From assembly GCA_023143145.1 (NCBI GenBank), contig JAGLID010000066.1, positions 1-57,961 of the forward strand: DNA of 57,961 bases, written 5' to 3'. Position 1 is the first letter of the stretch, and the number at the start of each line of letters is the position of its first letter. A program made the position numbers and the translations under genes. Positions 57,473-57,961 of the stretch are shown here, piece after piece. The stretch comes from Minisyncoccota bacterium (GTDB lineage: Bacteria > Patescibacteriota > Minisyncoccia > JAHIHE01 > JAGLIN01). The notes beneath the pieces were generated by a model that did not search any database, was not told the DNA's origin, and worked only from the letters and a program-made list of their open reading frames with translations.

Positions 57473-57961
57473 TTATATCTCATAAATTTCATCCGTCAGC
57501 AATTCATAATATTTTCTTATTATCCGTCTAATTCCCACTGCAGACCAAAGCTGAACCTCGCTACCTCGATCTTTCTTCCCGATTAATTCGTGATATGGAA
57601 TTGGTTTTCCATTAATATCAGCATAAACTTCAGGAATAGACTCCATTTGTTCTACTGCGCTCAACGTGTCTTCGGTAATTTTAAAAATTGTATCTTTAAG
57701 AATCCGCTGTGTGCTAACAGGCCAATTTTCAATTATAGAAAGTTTCAAGTGTTTGCTAAGCCCCAAAACAACAAATGCAGTTTGCTTAATCCAAATCACC
57801 AGCCCATGATATTCCTGAGGAGTATAAAAATATTTACTTTTCTGCGCAGTGATTACTGGCCCTGACTTTGTGTAAAAATAATCTGAATTTAATAAACGCT
57901 TGCAAAAACTTTCCAGTTCTTGTTTGTTTCCTCTGCAATATGTATAAAGATAAGATTCATC
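57473..57961 (-). CDS. C-terminal part of a possible (alpha/alpha)6-barrel glycoside hydrolase (GDE_C/amylo-1,6-glucosidase-like); gene runs off the window end
   Basis: The frame stays open to the window edge (...DESYLYTYCRGNKQELESFCKRLLNSDYFYTKSGPVITAQKSKYFYTPQEYHGLVIWIKQTAF...GSEVQLWSAVGIRRI). The YHG..W and (Q)xWSA motifs resemble debranching-enzyme C-termini. The call is weak. Confidence 0.35.
   Translation of the reverse strand, partial: DESYLYTYCRGNKQELESFCKRLLNSDYFYTKSGPVITAQKSKYFYTPQEYHGLVIWIKQTAFVVLGLSKHLKLSIIENWPVSTQRILKDTIFKITEDTLSAVEQMESIPEVYADINGKPIPYHELIGKKDRGSEVQLWSAVGIRRIIRKYYELLTDEIYEI

Noticed and set aside
1-57961. Alternative genetic code (UGA as Gly/Trp, as in some candidate phyla), suggested by in-frame TGAs in the ALDH and PhnD-like genes
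   Set aside because: About 50 long genes, including rpoB (1082 aa), polA and PBP1A (1001 aa), are uninterrupted under code 11. TGA is the actual stop of intact genes such as 9333..9668 and 20186..22234. Reading through the TGA at 9333 gives more stops and nonsense. Both TGA-containing genes carry additional lesions, so decay is the simpler explanation.

Overview
AT-rich, gene-dense bacterial chromosomal segment. About 55 genes, most on the minus strand. Standard code 11 applies: TGA is a genuine stop in intact genes such as 9333..9668 and 20186..22234. The content and style point to a small-genome Patescibacteria/CPR-like organism, but that placement is inference. Supporting traits are a short rpoB, FemAB, DUF3048, VanW, membrane-anchored HTH proteins, many small membrane ORFs and dispersed 'gtcattctga..tcagaatc' hairpin repeats. 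Housekeeping backbone: rpoB and partial rpoC, tsaD, tsaE, tRNA-Glu, ruvA, rpsT, holA, polA, ruvB, a pilB-like ATPase, class A PBP and tyrS. No rRNA, CRISPR array, transposase, integrase or reverse transcriptase was seen. Points worth a second look: (1) a nucleotide-modifying islet at 53.7-56.3 kb; (2) an eight-gene co-directional cluster at 15.8-23.9 kb; (3) a eukaryote-type GT3 glycogen synthase; (4) three decayed genes, two of them with in-frame TGA; (5) a small tandem CX2CX3CXC protein next to a GC-rich, probably structured non-coding segment; (6) a 1.2 kb ORF-free gap upstream of rpoB; (7) a Zn-ribbon insertion in TyrRS and a DHH protein lacking DHH. Coordinates not taken from the ORF track were counted by hand and may be off by 1-2 nt, especially near homopolymers.
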